Positions 59,401 through 64,000 of a stretch of DNA of 64,000 nt are shown here, one piece after another; within the stretch, counting starts at the first letter, position 1; the number at the start of each line of letters is the position of its first letter. The stretch is from Bugula neritina. Lineage: Eukaryota > Animalia > Bryozoa. The translations under genes and the position numbers were made by a program. The stretch is taken from NCBI GenBank assembly GCA_964035545.1, contig OZ037768.1, positions 14,703,675 to 14,767,674 on the forward strand, in the 5' to 3' direction. The notes below the pieces were generated by a model. That model had not been told where the DNA came from and searched no databases. It was given only the letters and a program-made list of their open reading frames with translations.

Positions 59401-62400
59401 ATATACTGCAACATGCTGAAAGATACTGCAACATAATGCAACATACTGAAATACACTATAGAATATTGAAATATACTGCAACATACTGAAATATACAGCA
59501 AGATACTGCGAAATACTGAAATACATAGTAAGATACCTAAATACACTGCAACATACTGCAACATACTGCAACATATTGAAATACACTGTAACATATTGAA
59601 AAACACTGCAACACATTGAAATATACCGCAACATACCGAAGTATATGGTAGCCTACTGAAATATACTGCGACATACTGAAATACACTGTAACGTACTGAA
59701 AAACACTGCAACATACTGAAATACACTGTAACATATTAAAATACACTGCAACACACTGAAATATACTGAAACATAACGAAATATATGGTAACCCACTAAA
59801 ATATGTTGCAAACCACTGAAATATACTGGAACATACTGCAACATAATGAAGTATACTGCAACATAGTGAAATATACTGCAAGGTACTGCAACATACTGAA
59901 ATACACTGTAACGTACTGGAATACACTGCAACATACTGAAATATACTGCATGATACTGCAACATACTGATACACATTGTAAGATACTGAAATACACTGCA
60001 ACATACCGCAACATACTGCAACGTATTGAAATACACTGTAACATATTGAAAAACACTGCAACACAATGAATTATACTGAAATACATTGTAAGATACTGAA
60101 ATACACTGCAAGATACTGCAACATAATGGAATATATGTTAACCTACTGAAATATGTTGAAAACTACTGAAATATACTGCAACATAATGCAACATAATGAA
60201 AGATACTGCAACATACTGAAATAAACTGCAAGATACTGCAACATACTGAAATACACTGCAACACACTGAAGTATACTGTAATATACAGAAATGTACTGTA
60301 AAATACTGAAATATACTTCAACATACTGAAAAACACCTAAAAATATTGAAACATACTGATATACACTGAAACATACTGAAATACACTGCAACACATTGGA
60401 ATATACTGCAACATACCGAAATATATGGTAACCTACTGAAGTATGTTGCAAACTACTGAAATATACTGCAACATACTGAAATACGCCGTAACATACTGAA
60501 ATACACTGCAACATACTGAAACACACTGTAACAAATTGAAATACACTGCAACACACTGAAACATACTGAAACATACCGAAATATAAGGTAACCTACTGAA
60601 ATATGTTGCAAACCACTGAAACATACTGCATAATCATGCAACAAAATGAAATAAACGGTAACACTGAAGCATACTGCAATATACTGAAATATACTGTAAC
60701 ATACTAAGACATACTGCAACATACCGAAATATATGGTAACCTACTGAAATATGTTGCAAACGACTGAAATATACTGCAACATACTGCAACATATTGAAGT
60801 ATACTGCAACATACTGAAATATACTGCAAGATACTCCAACATACTGAAATACACTGTAACATACTGAAATACACTGCAACATACTGAAATACACTGCAAG
60901 ATACTGCAACATACTGAAACACATTGTAAGATACTGAAATGCACTGCAACATACCGCAACATACTGCAACGTATTGAAATACACTGTAACATATTGAAAA
61001 ACACTGCAACACATTGAAATATACTGCAACATACTAAAACCTACGGCAACATACTGAAATATACTGCGACACATTGAAATATAGTGCAACATACTGAAAT
61101 ATGCTGTAGCATACTGAATTACACTGCAATACACTGAAGTATACTGTAATATACAGAAACGTACTGTAACATACTGAAACATACGGCAACATACTAAAAT
61201 ATACTGCGACACATTGAAACATACTGCAACATACTGAAATACACCAAAACATACTAAACTCCCCTGCAACATTCTGAAATACACTGTAACACATTGAAAT
61301 ACACTGCAACACAGTGAATTACACTGAAATACATTGTAAGATACGGAAACACACTGCAACATACTGCAACATAATGAAATATATGGTAACCTACTGAAAT
61401 ATGTTGAAAACTACTGAAATATACTGCAACATTATGCAACATAATGAAAGATACTGCAATATACTGAAATATACTGCAACATACTGAAATACGCCGTAAC
61501 ATACTGAAATACACTGCAACATACTGAAACACACTGTAACAAATTGAAATACACTGCAACACACTGAAACATACTGAAACATACCGAAATATAAGGTAAC
61601 CTACTGAAATATGTTGCAAACCACTGAAACATACTGCATAATCATGCAACAAAATGAAATAAACGGTAACACTGAAGCATACTGCAATATACTGAAATAT
61701 ACTGTAACATACTAAGACATACTGCAACATACCGAAATATATGGTAACCTACTGAAATATGTTGCAAACGACTGAAATATACTGCAACATACTGCAACAT
61801 ATTGAAGTATACTGCAACATACTGAAATATACTGCAAGATACTCCAACATACTGAAATACACTGTAACATACTGAAATACACTGCAACATACTGAAATAC
61901 ACTGCAAGATACTGCAACATACTGAAACACATTGTAAGATACTGAAATGCACTGCAACATACCGCAACATACTGCAACGTATTGAAATACACTGTAACAT
62001 ATTGAAAAACACTGCAACACATTGAAATATACTGCAACATACTAAAACATACGGCAACATACTGAAATATACTGCGACACATTGAAATATAGTGCAACAT
62101 ACTGAAATATGCTGTAGCATACTGAATTACACTGCAATACACTGAAGTATACTGTAATATACAGAAACGTACTGTAACATACTGAAACATACGGCAACAT
62201 ACTAAAATATACTGCGACACATTGAAACATACTGCAACATACTGAAATACACCAAAACATACCAAACTCCCCTGCAACATTCTGAAATACACTGTAACAC
62301 ATTGAAATACACTGCAACACAGTGAATTACACTGAAATACATTGTAAGATACGGAAACACACTGCAACATACTGCAACATAATGAAATATATGGTAACCT

Positions 62401-64000
62401 ACTGAAATATGTTGAAAACTACTGAAATATACTGCAACATTATGCAACATAATGAAAGATACTGCAATATACTGAAATAAACTGCAAGATACTGCAACAT
62501 ACTGAAATACACTGTAACATACTGAAATACACTGTAACATATTGAAATACACTGCGACATACTGCAACATACTGAAAAACGCTGTAACATATTGAAATAC
62601 ACTGCAAGACACTGAAATATTCCGCAACATACCGAAATATATGGTAATCTAATGAGATATTCTGTAACACGTTGAAGTACACTGCAACATACTGAAATAC
62701 ACTGCAACACACTAAATTATACTGTAATTTACAGAAATGTACTGCAACATACTGGAATATACTGCAAGATACTGCAACATACTGAAATACACTGTAACAT
62801 AATGCAATACACTGCAACATACTGAAATATATTGCATGATACTGCAACATACTGATACACATTGTAAGATACTGAAATGCATTGCAACATACTGAAATAT
62901 GCTGCATGATACTGCAACATACTCATACACATTGTAAGATACTGAAATACACTGCAACATACCGCAACATACTGCAACGTATTGAAATACACTGTAACAT
63001 ATTGAAAAACACTGCAACACATTGAAATATACTGCAACATACTGAAACATACGGCAACATACTGAAATGTACTGCGACACATTGAAATATAGTGCAACAT
63101 ACTGAAATATGCAGTAGCATACTGAAATACACTGCAATACACTGAAGTATACAGTAATATACAGAATTGTACTGTAACTTACTGAAACATACGGTAACAT
63201 ACTAAAATATACTGCGACACATTGAAATATACTGCAACATACTGAAATACACTGCAACATACTGAAATACACTGTAACATATTGAAATACACTGCAACAC
63301 ACTGAAATATACTGAAACATACCGCAATATATGGTAACCTACTGTAATATGTTGCAAACCACTGAAACATACTGCATCATCCTGCAACAAAATGAAATAT
63401 ACGGTAACACTGAAGCATACTGCAATATACTGAGATATACTGTAACAACTAAGACATACTGCAACATACCAAAAAAAATGGTTACCTACTGAAATATGTT
63501 ACAAACTACTGAAACATACTGCAACATACTGCAACATAATGAAATATACTGCAACATGCTGAAAGATACTGCAACATAATGCAACATACTGAAATACACT
63601 ATAGAATATTGAAATATACTGCAACATACTGAAATATACAGCAAGATACTGCGAAATACTGAAATACATAGTAAGATACCTAAATACACTGCAACATGCT
63701 GCAACATACTGCAACATATTGAAATACACTGTAACATATTGAAAAACACTGCAACACATTGAAATATACCGCAACATACCGAAGTATATGGTAGCCTACT
63801 GAAATATACTGCGACATACTGAAATACACTGTAACGTACTGAAATACACTGCAACATACTGAAATACACTGTAACATATTAAAATACACTGCAACACACT
63901 GAAATATACTGAAACATAACGAAATATATGGTAACCCACTAAAATATGTTGCAAACCACTGAAATATACTGGAACATACTGCAACATAATGAAGTATACT
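50090..64000 (+). repeat. Super-HOR, period 7228/7238 bp, with internal 3135/3145-, 4143- and 1008-bp offsets
   Basis: ORF starts 50989/58217 (7228); 51939/59177, 54124/61362, 55132/62370 and 56631/63869 (7238); 50989/54124 (3135); 51939/56082 (4143). Confidence 0.9.
53215..55232 (+). repeat. 1008-bp tandem duplication (recurs at ~56810-58320 and ~60455-62470)
   Basis: ORF starts 54124/55132, 57209/58217 and 61362/62370. Confidence 0.9.

Larger units (their letters stand above)
1..64000. repeat. 10-bp-monomer satellite DNA array (consensus ~CTG[C/T/A]AA[C/T]A[T/C]A; 20-bp dimer CTGCAACATA-CTGAAATATA) filling the window
   Basis: Every line shows 10-bp-phased degenerate copies of the monomer or its reverse complement (TATGTTGCAG/TATATTTCAG). 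No unique sequence is seen. Confidence 0.99.
39621..64000 (+). repeat. Satellite block 3 (A-rich strand on +), distinct variant subfamily
   Basis: Starts at tacactgcaa (39621). Carries variants ctgcatgata, ctgatacaca, ctaaactccc and cggtaacactgaagc that I did not see in blocks 1-2. Confidence 0.95.

Noticed and set aside
67-63987. Hundreds of Cys/Val/Tyr/Phe/Gln-rich ORFs (62-332 aa)
   Set aside because: They overlap in all three frames with the same decapeptide pattern, flip strand with the satellite orientation and have no recognisable domain. They follow directly from a stop-free 10-bp repeat strand.
1-64000. CRISPR array or repeat-spacer system
   Set aside because: There is no invariant repeat alternating with unique spacers, and no leader or cas genes. 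All variation consists of degenerate monomers.
1-64000. Telomeric repeat array
   Set aside because: No G-tract telomere motif. Monomers are heterogeneous, with HORs and internal inversions, unlike telomerase products.
1-64000. Assignment to a named satellite or organism (e.g. Drosophila 10-bp Prodsat AATAACATAG)
   Set aside because: Same monomer length but a different sequence. No confident identification is possible without a database search.

Overview
The whole 64-kb window is one AT-rich tandem satellite array built from a 10-bp monomer (variants CTGCAACATA, CTGTAACATA, CTGAAATATA, CTGAAATACA), often alternating as a 20-bp dimer. I find no unique DNA, genuine gene, RNA gene, CRISPR array or intact transposon. 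The ORF track is an artefact: the T-rich strand of the consensus has no stop codon in any frame. The array has three orientation blocks: A-rich strand on + (1-~9268), inverted (~9269-39620), and A-rich strand on + again (39621-64000). They are joined by two abrupt, spacer-less, palindromic junctions. Above the monomer there is a nested hierarchy of higher-order repeats (HORs) with offsets of 2801, 2809, 4122, 2618, 8398, 3505, 4095, 3135, 1008 and 7228/7238 bp, read from near-identical ORF pairs and marker motifs. The architecture resembles eukaryotic centromeric or pericentromeric heterochromatin (inference). I cannot assign the organism or a named satellite family.
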